Below are positions 19,865 through 30,461 of a DNA stretch of 64,000 nucleotides, in pieces (the stretch's first letter is position 1; every line of letters begins with the position of its first letter). Origin of the DNA: an uncultured Gemmatimonadales bacterium (GTDB lineage Bacteria > Gemmatimonadota > Gemmatimonadetes > Gemmatimonadales > GWC2-71-9). The notes beneath the pieces were generated by a model. It was not told the origin of the DNA and made no database searches. It worked only from the letters and a program-made list of their open reading frames with translations. The DNA lies in assembly GCA_963828735.1 (NCBI GenBank), contig CAWHFW010000005.1, positions 800,001 to 864,000 of the forward strand, written 5' to 3'. The translations under genes were made by a program, and so were the position numbers.

Positions 19865-21387
19865 CCGGCGGCTCGCGAGACCGGAGCCCGCCGGAAGCGT
19901 GCAGACACGGTGCTCCTCGACCTGGCCGCCGTGTTCGTGCGAAGCGCCGCGTCGAGCCGGCGACCGCCCGACCGACCAACCGCCTGACGCCCAGCCTCGA
20001 GGCGAGGTACCGCACCCTGGTCGAGCAGATTGCCGGCCGTCGTCTTCATGGCCTATCTCGACCGCGGCATCGGCGAGGCCTACGTGAGCCCGCAGATCGA
20101 GGCGGCGCTGGGCTTCTCGCAGGCAGGAATGGCTCGAGGATCCGGTGCGCTGGTATCACCAGATCCATCCGGACGACAAGCGAGCGCTGGAGCATCGAGG
20201 CCGCGCGAGATGTTTCTGACCGGCAAGCCGCTGCGCTCCGCCTATCGCGTGCTGCCCGCGACGGCCGCATCGTCTGGTTCCACTGCGAGGCCAAGATGGT
20301 GCGGCGGCGACGACGGCGGCCCTGGTTCATCCATGGCGTCGGGTTCGACATCACCGACCTGAAGCGGCGGAAGCGGCGCTGCAGGAGGAGCGCAACGTGC
20401 TCACCGCGATTCTCGACACCGTCGGCGCGCTGGTCGTGGTGCTCGATCCGGACGGCCGCATCGTCCGGTTCAACCGCGCGTGCGAAGCTGACGAGCGGCT
20501 ACTCGTTCGGCGAAGTCCGCGGCCGCAACATCTGGGACCTGTTCCTCACGCCGGAGGAGAGCGAGCGGTTCCAGCGCGTTGCTGGCCGAGCTCCGACCGG
20601 CCAGGAGCCCAGCGACTACGAGGCCGACTGGCTGACGCGCGACGGGTCCCGCCGCCGGATCGCCTGGTCGAGCACGGTGCTGCCGGGCTCGACGCGCGAC
20701 GCCGAGCCACATCATCACGACCGGCATCGACATCACCGAGCGGAAGCGGCTGGAGAAGACGATGCTCGAGATCAGCGCGCGGGAGCAGCGCCGGATCGGC
20801 CAGGACCTGCACGACGGCCTCGGCCAGCATCTGACCGGCATCGCGTTCATGAGCAAGGTGCTGGCGCAGAAGCTGGCCGAGGAGCGCGCGCCGGAAGGCC
20901 GGCGCATGCCGCCAAGATCGTCCAGCTGGTGAACGAGGCGATCGACAAGACGCGCGAGCTGGCGCGCGGACTGCTGCCGGTGGTCTCCGACGCGGAAGGG
21001 CTGATGTCGGCGCTCCGGCAGTGGGCCGGCGAGGTGGAGGATCTGTTCAGCGTCTCCTGCCGGTTCGATTGCGCGGAGCCGGTGCTCGTGCCGGACGTGG
21101 GCATGGCGACGCACCTGTACCACATCGCGCACGAAGCCGTGAACAACGCGATCAAGCACGGCGACGCCACGCCGGATACGGCTCACGCTGGGCCGGGAGA
21201 ACGGCACCGGGACGCTCACCGTCGAGGACGACGGCATCGGCATCTCCGACGGTGCCCACGGGTCACCCCGGACATGGGGCTCCACATCATGAGCTACCGC
21301 GCCAACATGATCGGCGGCTCCCTGGAAGTTCGCGCCGGCCAGCAGGGCGGCACGCAGGTCTGCTGCCGTTTCCCGCTCCAGCGCTGA
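19865..21387 (+). CDS. Cytoplasmic PAS-PAS sensor histidine kinase, HisKA_3 (NarX/UhpB-like) class (frameshifted; start uncertain)
   Basis: EARYRTLVEQ..AYVSPQIE..IHPDD..W (PAS), LVVVLDPDGRIVRFNRAC (PAS), EQRRIGQDLHDGLGQHLTG (H-box), LYHIAHEAVNNAIKH, VEDDGIG and GLHIMSYRA. No TM segment seen. Confidence 0.8.
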
Positions 21388-21399
21388 GTCGAGGAGATC

Positions 21400-22093
21400 A
21401 TGCATGCCGCAGAGTACCGTCGGTGTCCGCGGCGCCGAGGAAGCATCGCGTGTTCGTGGTCGACGATCATCCCATCGTGCGCCAGGGACTCGCGCTGCTG
21501 ATCAACCAGGAGCCCGATCTGGTGGTCTGCGGCGAGGCCGAGGAAGCGCACTCGGCGCTGCAGGCGATCGCGTCGCTCCGGCCCGATATCCTCATCCTGG
21601 ACATCTCGCTGCCGCGGTCCGGACGGGCTCGATCTGCTCAAGACCATCCGCGCCACCGACCCGGACACTCCCGGTCCTGGTGCTCTCCATGCACGACGAG
21701 TCGATCTACGCGGAGCGGGCGCTTCGCGCGGGCGCGAACGGCTACATCATGAAGCAGGAGGCCACGGAGAACGTGCTCGTGGCGCTGCGCCGCATCCTCG
21801 GCGGCGAGGTCTACGTGAGCGACGGATCGCCAACACGATGCTCCGCCAGCTGGTGTCGGGCTCGCGGAAATCGGACGGTCCACCGGAGGCGCGTCTGAGC
21901 GATCGGGAGCTCGAGGTGTTCCGGATGATCGGTGACGGGCATGGGAACGCGGCAGATCGCCGAGGACCTGCACCTGAGCGTGAAGACGGTCGAGACCTAT
22001 CAGGCGCACATCAAGGAGAAGCTGTCCCTGCGGACCGCGCGCGATCTGGTGCAGCACGCCATCCAGTGGAGGCTGAGCGAGGAGATTGGGTAG
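21400..22093 (+). CDS. NarL/FixJ-family response regulator (frameshifted)
   Basis: [45 protein letters not shown]...[32 protein letters not shown]. Confidence 0.85.
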
Positions 22094-22109
22094 ATCGCTG
22101 CCGCAGCAC

Positions 22110-22147
22110 CGGGGTTTCCCCGATGAAGGGATGGGGAAGTCCCCGAT
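22110..22147. promoter_or_regulatory. Tandem palindromes upstream of hhyS, candidate response-regulator sites
   Basis: GGGG-TTT-CCCC-GAT (22111-22124) and GGGG-AAGT-CCCC-GAT (22133-22147), starting 22 bp apart. Confidence 0.5.
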
Positions 22148-22341
22148 AATCCGCGTCGGGACCCGCCTGCTTGCGGGCTCTTTCGGCAAATCCTAACTCA
22201 TACTGTGCGTCAGGTTCGACGCGGCGCCCGCGAGTGCCGGTGCCGCGTTGGCGTAGACCCTGCCTCGAGCGTCGGCGCATCGCTGGTCCGACGCACCGAT
22301 CCGGGACTCTCTCCGGATCCCTGTGCCTGGAAGGAGCGGCC

Positions 22342-23409
<1,068 letters not shown>

Positions 23410-23428
23410 CGGCAAAGGAGCGAGCGCG

Positions 23429-25228
23429 ATGACCACCGCCACGGTCCCCAAGACCGAGAGCCGGGAGAAACAGCGCAAGCTGGTGGAGATGAACTGGGAT
23501 CCCGATCACCCGGATCGTGGGCAGCCTGGGAATCTTCACCAAGATCGACTTCGACAACCGCGAGGTGGCCGAGTGCCACAGCACCTCGTCGATCTTCCGC
23601 GGCTACAGCATCTTCATGAAGGGCAAGGATCCGCGCGACGCCCACTTCATCACCAGCCGCATCTGCGGCATCTGCGGCGACAACCACGCCACCTGCGCCA
23701 CCTACGCCCAGAACATGGCGTTCGGCGTGCGCCCGCCTGCGCTCGGCGAGTGGATCGTCAACCTCGGCGAGGCCGCCGAGTACATGTTCGACCACAACAT
23801 CTTCCAGGACAACCTGGTCGGCGTGGATTTCTGCGAGCAGATGGTTCGAGGAGACCAATCCCGGCGTCTGGGAGAAGGCCAAGAAGACCGAGGCGCCCCA
23901 CGCGGCCGACCACGGGTACCGCACGATCGCCGACATCATGACGGCGCTCAATCCGTTCACCGGCGAGTTCTACCGCGAGACCCTGCACATGAGCCGCTAT
24001 GACGCGCGAGATGTTCTGCCTGATGGAAGGCCGGCACGTCCATCCCTCGACGCTCTATCCGGGCGGCGTCGGCACGGTGCCGACGGTGCAGCTGTTCACC
24101 GACTACCTCGTCCGCCTGATGAAGTACGTGGAGTTCATGAAGAAGTGCGTGCCGCTGCACGACGATCTCTTCGACTTCTTCTACGAGGCGCTGCCGGGCT
24201 ACGAGAAGGTCGGCTATCGCCGGACGCTGCTGGGCTGCTGGGGCTCGTTCAACAATCCGGACGTCTGCGACTACACCTACAAGAACATGACCAACTGGGG
24301 CGACGCGATGTTCGTCACCCCCGGCGTCGTGGTGGACGGCAAGCTGGTGACCCACGACCTGATCAAGATCAACCTGAACATCCGCATCCTGCTGGGGCAC
24401 TCCTTCTACGACGACTGGGCCAACGCGCGAGACGTTCGTCAAGACCGACCCGCTCGGGAACCCGGTCGATCAGCGGCATCCCTGGAACCAGACCACGATT
24501 CCGCGGCCGCAGAAGCGCGACTTCGACGGCAAGTACACCTGGGTGATGTCGCCGCGCTGGTTCGACAGCGGACAAGGACCATCTGGCGCTCGATACCGGC
24601 GGCGGCCCGATCGCCCGGTTCTGGGCGACGGCGCTCGCGGGCATCGTGGACATCGGCTACGTCAAGGCGACGGGCACGAGCGTCAAGATGTACCTGCCCA
24701 AGACCGCGACGAAGCCCGAGGCCGAGTTCGAGTGGAAGATTCCGAAGTGGAGCAACGCGATCGAGCGGGACCGCGCCCGGACCTACTTCCAGGTATACGC
24801 CGCCGCTTGCGCCTACCACTTCGTCGAGAAGGCGCTGGCCGAGTTGCATGCCGGACGCACCAAGACCTGGAACGAGTTCACGGTGCCCGACGAGGCGATC
24901 GGCTGCGGCTTCCACGAGGCGGTGCGCGGCGTGCTGTCGCATCACGTCGTGATCCGGAAGGGCAAGATCGCGAACTACCATCCGTATCCGCCGACGCCGT
25001 GGAACGGCAAGCGTGCGGGACATCTACGGCACGCCGGGTCCCTACGAGGACGCGGTGCAGAACACGCCGATCTTCGAGGAGAACGGTCCCGACAAATTCA
25101 AGGGGATCGACATCATGCGCGCGGTACGGAGCTTCGATCCGTGCCTGCCATGCGGCGTGCACATGTATCTGGGCAACGGCAAGGTGCTGGAGCAGCATCA
25201 TTCGCCGCTCTTCGGCAATCACGGCTGA
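23429..25228 (+). CDS. hhyL: Group 1h [NiFe]-hydrogenase large subunit (frameshifted; reconstructed)
   Basis: [16 protein letters not shown]1 motif [23 protein letters not shown], and L2 motif [12 protein letters not shown] followed by a cleavable C-terminal extension. Confidence 0.92.
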
Positions 25229-25232
25229 CGCG

Positions 25233-26137
25233 ATGCCCAGACAAACCGAGCTCGAGCGACGGATCGCGGCGATAGACCAGCTGGTCCGGTCGCTCGAGAA
25301 CGCGTCCGATCCCGCCACCCGCGCCGCGGCGCAGGAGCTCGCCGGCACGCTCATGGAGCTCCACGCCGCGGCGCTCGAGCGCGTGCTCGCGATCATCGGC
25401 CGGCAAGGGCCGGCCGCGAGCGCTATCGTCGAACAGCTGGCCGGCGACGAGGTGGTCTCGGGCGTGCTGCTCCTGCACGACCTCCACCCGGTGGACCTGC
25501 CGACCCGCGTCCGCGGCGCCCTCGAGAAGACGCGGCCCTACCTGCAGTCCCACGGCGGCAACGTCGAGCTCGTGGGCATCGACGAGGCCGGCGTGGTGCG
25601 GCTCAGGATGGTGGGAAGCTGCCACGGCTGCCCGTCGTCCGCGATGACGCTCAAGCTGGCCATCGAGCAGGCGATTCAGGAAGCGGCGCCGGATGTGACC
25701 GCCATCGTGGTGGACGGCGAGCCGAACGGGGGCCCCGGGACGCCTGCCCCCGCGAGCTCGTGGCGCTCGAGCCGATGCATCACGCGCCTGCCGAGACGAG
25801 CGGCGACGTGTGGCACGACGTCCCGCTGCTCGACGACCTCCGTCCCGGCGAGGCCCGCGCGCTGGCAATCGCCGGCCGGGAGGTCCTGTTCCTCGCGCTG
25901 GAGGGGCGGCACTACGCGTACGGCGCTCGCTGCCCGGCCTGCAACGCCGAGCTGGCCGGCGCCGAGCTTGCGGGCCACACGCTGGCCTGTCCGGCCTGTG
26001 GGCGGGGCTACGACGTGATCCAGGCGGGCCGCGCGATCGATCGCGGTGATCTCCATCTCGACCCGTTCCCCATCCTCACCCGGCACGGACGCGTGCAGAT
26101 GGCCGTGCCGCCGCCGATGGTGACGGCCTCGCCGTAG
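25233..26137 (+). CDS. NifU-domain / Rieske-like Fe-S protein of 1h clusters (one frameshift near 25755)
   Basis: [21 protein letters not shown] and GSCHGCPSS (NifU-C), then a domain with CPAC...CPACG. Confidence 0.8.
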
Positions 26138-26140
26138 TCC

Positions 26141-26779
26141 ATGCCGACGGCCGACCATTCCGACGGCGCCTTCTCGGCGCTCCGGCGCTTTGCCCGGCCT
26201 CGCGCGCCGGTCGAGCGCTGCGATCTGTGTGGGCTCGAGCTCCCGGCCGGCCACGATCACCTGATCGAGCCGGGCCGTCGCGAGATGGCCTGCGCCTGCC
26301 CCGCCTGTGCCCTGCTCTTCACCGGACGGGCCGGGGCCCGATACAAGCGGATTCCACGTGATGTCGCCCTGCTGGAGGGCTTCTCGCTCACCGACGCCCA
26401 GTGGGAGAGTCTCCGCCTGCCGATCAGCCTCGCCTTCTTCTACGAAAGCACGCCGCAGTCGCGCGTGGTCGCGTGCTACCCCAGTCCCGCGGGCGCCACC
26501 GAGTCGCTGCTCGAGCTCGAGACCTGGTCGGAGCTTCGAGCCCGGAATCCAGTGCTCGCCCGTCTCGAGCCCGATGTCGAGGCGCTGCTGGTAAATCGCA
26601 CCAGCGCCCCGGGCGACCATCTGATCGTCCCGATCGACGAGTGCTTCAAACTGGTCGGCCTCATCCGCATGCACTGGAAGGGGCTCTCCGGGGGAACGCA
26701 GGTATGGAAGGAGATCTCGGCGTTCTTCGCCGCGCTCCACGAGCGGGCCCGTCCGATCCCCGAGGCGATGCGTGCCTGA
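26141..26779 (+). CDS. 1h-hydrogenase-associated conserved protein (DUF5947/HhaA-like)
   Basis: ERCDLC...CACPAC..LF, YPSPAGATES, LEPDVEALL and PIDEC..LVG..R.HWKGLSGG motifs. Confidence 0.8.
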   Translation: MPTADHSDGAFSALRRFARPRAPVERCDLCGLELPAGHDHLIEPGRREMACACPACALLFTGRAGARYKRIPRDVALLEGFSLTDAQWESLRLPISLAFFYESTPQSRVVACYPSPAGATESLLELETWSELRARNPVLARLEPDVEALLVNRTSAPGDHLIVPIDECFKLVGLIRMHWKGLSGGTQVWKEISAFFAALHERARPIPEAMRA

Positions 26780-27422
26780 CCTGGATTTCCGCATCGAGGG
26801 CGCCGAGGTGGTGCCGTACGCGACGGCGCCGCTGCTGGCCTTCCGCCTCGCCGTCCGAAACGCGCAGCCCGACGAGAGCGTCCACACCGTCGTGCTGCGC
26901 TGCCAGATCCAGATCGAGGTGACCCGCCGACACTACGATCGGGGGGAGGAGGTGCGGCTGCGCGATCTCTTCGGCGAGCCGGAGCGGTGGGGCCAGACCC
27001 TTCGCACGATGCTATGGACCCACACCACGGCGGTGGTGCCGGCCTTCGAGGGCGAGACGGTCACCGAGCTGCACGTCCCGTGCAGCTACGATTTCAATCT
27101 GGCGGCGACCAAGTTCTTCTATGGACTGGCCGGCGGCGAGGTGCCGCTCGCGTTCCTCTTCAGCGGGAGCGTGTTCTACCAGAGCGCGTCCGGCGCGCTT
27201 CAGGTCAGCCCCATCTCGTGGACCAAGGAGGCGCAGTTCCGGCTTCCCGTCGCCACCTGGCAGCGGCTGATGGATGCGTACTATCCGAACCTGGCATTCC
27301 TGCAGCTGCGCCGCGACGTCTACGATCGGCTGTACCAGTACAAGGTGCGACACGGCATCACCGGCTGGGAGCAGGCGGTGGAAGGGATGCTGCGCGTGGT
27401 GGAGGAAGGAGCGCCGGTGTGA
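26772..27422 (+). CDS. 1h-hydrogenase-associated conserved protein (DUF6084/HhaB-like)
   Basis: LRCQIQIE..RR.Y, DLFGEPERWG.TL, PCSYDF and FLFSGSVFY motifs. Confidence 0.8.
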   Translation: MPDLDFRIEGAEVVPYATAPLLAFRLAVRNAQPDESVHTVVLRCQIQIEVTRRHYDRGEEVRLRDLFGEPERWGQTLRTMLWTHTTAVVPAFEGETVTELHVPCSYDFNLAATKFFYGLAGGEVPLAFLFSGSVFYQSASGALQVSPISWTKEAQFRLPVATWQRLMDAYYPNLAFLQLRRDVYDRLYQYKVRHGITGWEQAVEGMLRVVEEGAPV

Positions 27423-28447
27423 GCCGGGGGGACGTGGGGGCGCTCGCGCGAACGCTGCTCTATGAAGGGTACCTGTTGTACCCGTACCGCCCGTCGGCGG
27501 TGAAGAACCGGCAGCGCTTCAATTTCGGCGTGATCTACCCGGACGCGCACAGCCGCGCCCAGGATGGCGTCGAGCCGAGCCTCATGCGGACCGAATGCCT
27601 GGTCGTGGGTCCGACGCCGACGGTCGACATCGAGGTACGATTCCTCCACTTGGTCACCCGGACCGTCGAGCAGCCGACGGAGGGAGGCGCCGGCGCCCGC
27701 GAGGTCGCGCGCCTCGAGGCCGGCGGCCGGGTCTACCAGCCATGGCAGGAGGCGGTGGAGCGGGAGGTCACGCTGTCCCGCCTCGCGCTGTCGGATCTCC
27801 TGGGAAGCATCCACCGTCGGCGTGTCGCGTTCCCAGACACGGACCAGCGCGAGCCCATCTCCGGATCGAGCGGGGACCCGGTGGGCGTCGTTCGCCGCCG
27901 GCAGGCGGGGATCGAACTCGAGATCGAGGTAGCCGTCCGGCCGGCCGGCGATGACGCGTACGTGATCGGCGTTGAAATCGACAACCGGACCGAGCGGGTG
28001 CCGAGCCCGGCGCTCCGCGACGAGCTTCTCTCGGTGTGCCTCGTGGCCGTCCACACGATCCTGACCGTCGAGAGCGGCGAGTTCACCTCCCTGATCGATC
28101 CGCCCGCCGCCCTGCGCGAGGCGACGGCCCAGTGCCGGAACGTCGGGACCTGGCCCGTGCTCGCCGGTCCGCCCGGCACGCGGGACACCATGCTGTCGTC
28201 TCCCATCATCCTCTACGACTACCCCGAGATCGCGCCCGAGAGCCGTGGTGACCTGTTCGACGGTACCGAGATCGACGAGATCCTGTCGCTCCGGATCATG
28301 ACCTTGAGCGACGACGAGAAGCGGGAGATCGCCGAGTCGGACGAGCACGCGCGGCTGCTGCTCGAGCGCACCGAGTCGCTGGCGGCGGAAGAACTGATGG
28401 GCCTGCATGGGACCATGCGACCCGTGCGCGCGAGGGATGGCGCGTGA
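27419..28447 (+). CDS. 1h-hydrogenase-associated conserved protein (HhaC-like)
   Basis: LYEGYLLYPYR.SAVKN and LSSPIILYDYPEIAPES.GDLFDGTEIDEILSLR motifs; GTG at 27419. Confidence 0.8.
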   Translation: MSRGDVGALARTLLYEGYLLYPYRPSAVKNRQRFNFGVIYPDAHSRAQDGVEPSLMRTECLVVGPTPTVDIEVRFLHLVTRTVEQPTEGGAGAREVARLEAGGRVYQPWQEAVEREVTLSRLALSDLLGSIHRRRVAFPDTDQREPISGSSGDPVGVVRRRQAGIELEIEVAVRPAGDDAYVIGVEIDNRTERVPSPALRDELLSVCLVAVHTILTVESGEFTSLIDPPAALREATAQCRNVGTWPVLAGPPGTRDTMLSSPIILYDYPEIAPESRGDLFDGTEIDEILSLRIMTLSDDEKREIAESDEHARLLLERTESLAAEELMGLHGTMRPVRARDGA

Positions 28448-29211
28448 GTGCCGCCGGCCCGCTCCCGGCCAAGGGCGCGCGCGTCCGGCTCCGGCCGCGG
28501 GCCGGCGGGGACGTGCTCGATCTGATCCTCATCGACAAGGCTGCGACCGTCGAGTCCGTCGAGGAAGACCTCGAGGGGAAGGTCCTCGTCTCGGTGGTGC
28601 TCGACGATGACCCCGGCGCCCACCTCGGCATGATGCGCCAGCCCGGGCACCGCTTCTTCTTCGCGCCTGAGGACCTCGAGATTCTGCCGGACGATGGCAC
28701 CGTGCGACCCGCGGCGACCCGGTCCATCCTGGTCGCCGGCATCGGCAACATCTTTCTGGGCGATGACGGCTTCGGCGTCGAAGTGGCCCAGCGGATGGCG
28801 GCGCGGCCGCTTCCCGCCGGGGTATCCGTCGGCGACTACGGGATCCGCGGCTACGACTTGGCCTACGCCCTCATGGCCGGTCCCGATCACGCGATTCTGG
28901 TGGATGCATGCCCCCGCGGCGAGGCTCCGGGAACGTTGTACGTGATGGAGCCCGAACCGGACGAGCTCGAGGCCGCCACCGGCGATCCCGGCTTCCTGGA
29001 TGGCCACGCGATGAATCCGGTGAGCGTGCTCCGCCTCGCGCGCTCGCTCGGGGGAGCGCCCGCGCCCGTGGTAGTGGTGGGGTGCGAGCCGGGGACACTG
29101 GGCCCCGAGGAAGGGCACATCGGCCTCAGCCCACCGGTGCAGGCGGCGGTTGCCGAAGCAGTCACGCTGGTCGAGTCGTTGATCGCGCGGTTCCTCGCGT
29201 CGGAACCCTGA
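28444..29211 (+). CDS. Hydrogenase maturation endopeptidase with extra N-terminal domain
   Basis: ILVAGIGNIFLGDDGFG, DYGIRG.DLAY, ILVDA, DGHAMNP and VVGCEP motifs, preceded by ~90 aa containing DDDPG...QPGHRFFF. Confidence 0.88.
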   Translation: MSAAGPLPAKGARVRLRPRAGGDVLDLILIDKAATVESVEEDLEGKVLVSVVLDDDPGAHLGMMRQPGHRFFFAPEDLEILPDDGTVRPAATRSILVAGIGNIFLGDDGFGVEVAQRMAARPLPAGVSVGDYGIRGYDLAYALMAGPDHAILVDACPRGEAPGTLYVMEPEPDELEAATGDPGFLDGHAMNPVSVLRLARSLGGAPAPVVVVGCEPGTLGPEEGHIGLSPPVQAAVAEAVTLVESLIARFLASEP

Positions 29212-29249
29212 TCGGCGTCCATCGCCACCCAGAGAGAGGAGTGTGCTGC

Positions 29250-29459
29250 ATGACCACGATCGCATCGGTGCGGGACGGTGAGGCAAGCGACCGGGAGACG
29301 CTGATGCTCTTTGGAGGTCTCGCCTGCATGGTCTTCGGCGCCGGCCTCGTGCTGTCCAATCGCTCCATCCGGCGGTATCTGGGCGAGGTGAGTCCGGGTC
29401 TCCTCCTGGAAACCGCCATGCCCGACGTGCAGCGCTACTTGAAGCTGCGGGCGATGTAG
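29250..29459 (+). CDS. Small single-TM protein of 1h hydrogenase clusters
   Basis: GAGGAG RBS; one hydrophobic helix; ends PDVQRYLKLRAM. Confidence 0.7.
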   Translation: MTTIASVRDGEASDRETLMLFGGLACMVFGAGLVLSNRSIRRYLGEVSPGLLLETAMPDVQRYLKLRAM

Positions 29460-29469
29460 GCCCGAACCC

Positions 29470-30090
29470 GTGCGCTACCGGATCGACGCGAGCGCCAGTC
29501 GCTTCACGGTCCGCGCCTTCGCCGGGGGCGTGCTGGGTGGCATGGGGCACGATCCGACCTTCCTCGCGCGGGACCTCGCCGGGGAGGTCGAGTTCGATCC
29601 CGGGCCGCCGAGTGCGAGCTCGGTCCGGCTGGCGGTGAAGTCGTCCTCGCTCGGCCTCCTCGACTCCATAAGCGACAAGGATCGGCGCGAGATCGAGCGG
29701 GTGACGAACCAGGAGGTGCTCGAGAGCGAGGCCTACCCGGAGATCCTGTTCGTCGCCGAGCGGGTCGCGCTCACGGGGAGTCCGGGGGGACCGTTCCAGG
29801 CCGCGCTCGACGGCGAGCTCACGCTCCACGGCGTGAGCCGGCCATGCCAGGTGCCGCTCCGCATCTACCCGTCGGGCGACATGGTGCGCGCCCAGGGCGA
29901 GACGACGCTCCGCCAGAGCGACTACCACATCGACCAGGTTGCGGTGGCGGGTGGCATGCTCAAGGTTAAGGACGAGGTGAAGTTGGCGTTCGACATCGTC
30001 GCCCGACCGGTAGCGGAACGGCAGCCGGCGGCGGGCCCGACAGCCGATCGGCGGGAGGGCGCCGGCGGCGTCGAAGCGTCGACCGCGTGA
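29470..30090 (+). CDS. YceI-family lipid/polyisoprenoid-binding protein, no signal peptide
   Basis: YRIDASASRF, L.SEAYPEI.F, GELTLHGV and LRQSDY.I...VKDEVKLAFDI motifs. Confidence 0.8.
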   Translation: MRYRIDASASRFTVRAFAGGVLGGMGHDPTFLARDLAGEVEFDPGPPSASSVRLAVKSSSLGLLDSISDKDRREIERVTNQEVLESEAYPEILFVAERVALTGSPGGPFQAALDGELTLHGVSRPCQVPLRIYPSGDMVRAQGETTLRQSDYHIDQVAVAGGMLKVKDEVKLAFDIVARPVAERQPAAGPTADRREGAGGVEASTA

Positions 30091-30175
30091 CCTGGGATCG
30101 AGGCGGCGAGTTGACGACTCGGCTCCCCGCGCGCAAATAGGACGTAAGGAAATAGCGAGTAAGGGGAGCGTCGCC

Positions 30176-30461
30176 ATGTGTCTTGCCATCCCGGGGAAGA
30201 TCGTCGAGCTGGTCGCGGACTGGCCCACGATCGGCGTGGTCGAGGTGACGGGGGTCCGCCGTCGCGTGGACCTGGGCCTCCTGCAGGACGAGCGGCCGCA
30301 GGTGGGTGACTGGGTGCTCATCCATGTCGGGTTCGCCATGAGCAAGATCAGCGAGCACGAGGCCGCCGATCAGATGCGCACGCTCAGCGATCCTCGGCGA
30401 GGACCAGGCGGCCATGGATGAGGTCCGCGGCTACGGGCTGGAAGGGAAGGATGAGCCGTGA
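30176..30461 (+). CDS. hypC: Hydrogenase maturation chaperone HypC (one frameshift near 30390)
   Basis: MCLAIPG and GDWVLIHVGFA motifs; reconstructed stop overlaps the hypD start. Confidence 0.92.

Noticed and set aside
18829..21387. 852-aa ORF taken at face value as one protein
   Set aside because: It drifts in and out of the true small-subunit and kinase frames because of indels; large parts are off-frame nonsense. The fusion is kept only as an unresolved possibility.
23429..25228. [NiFeSe] hydrogenase or group 2b sensory large subunit
   Set aside because: The L2 motif DPCLPCGVH uses TGC codons, a cleavable C-terminal extension and a protease are present, and the motifs fit group 1h.
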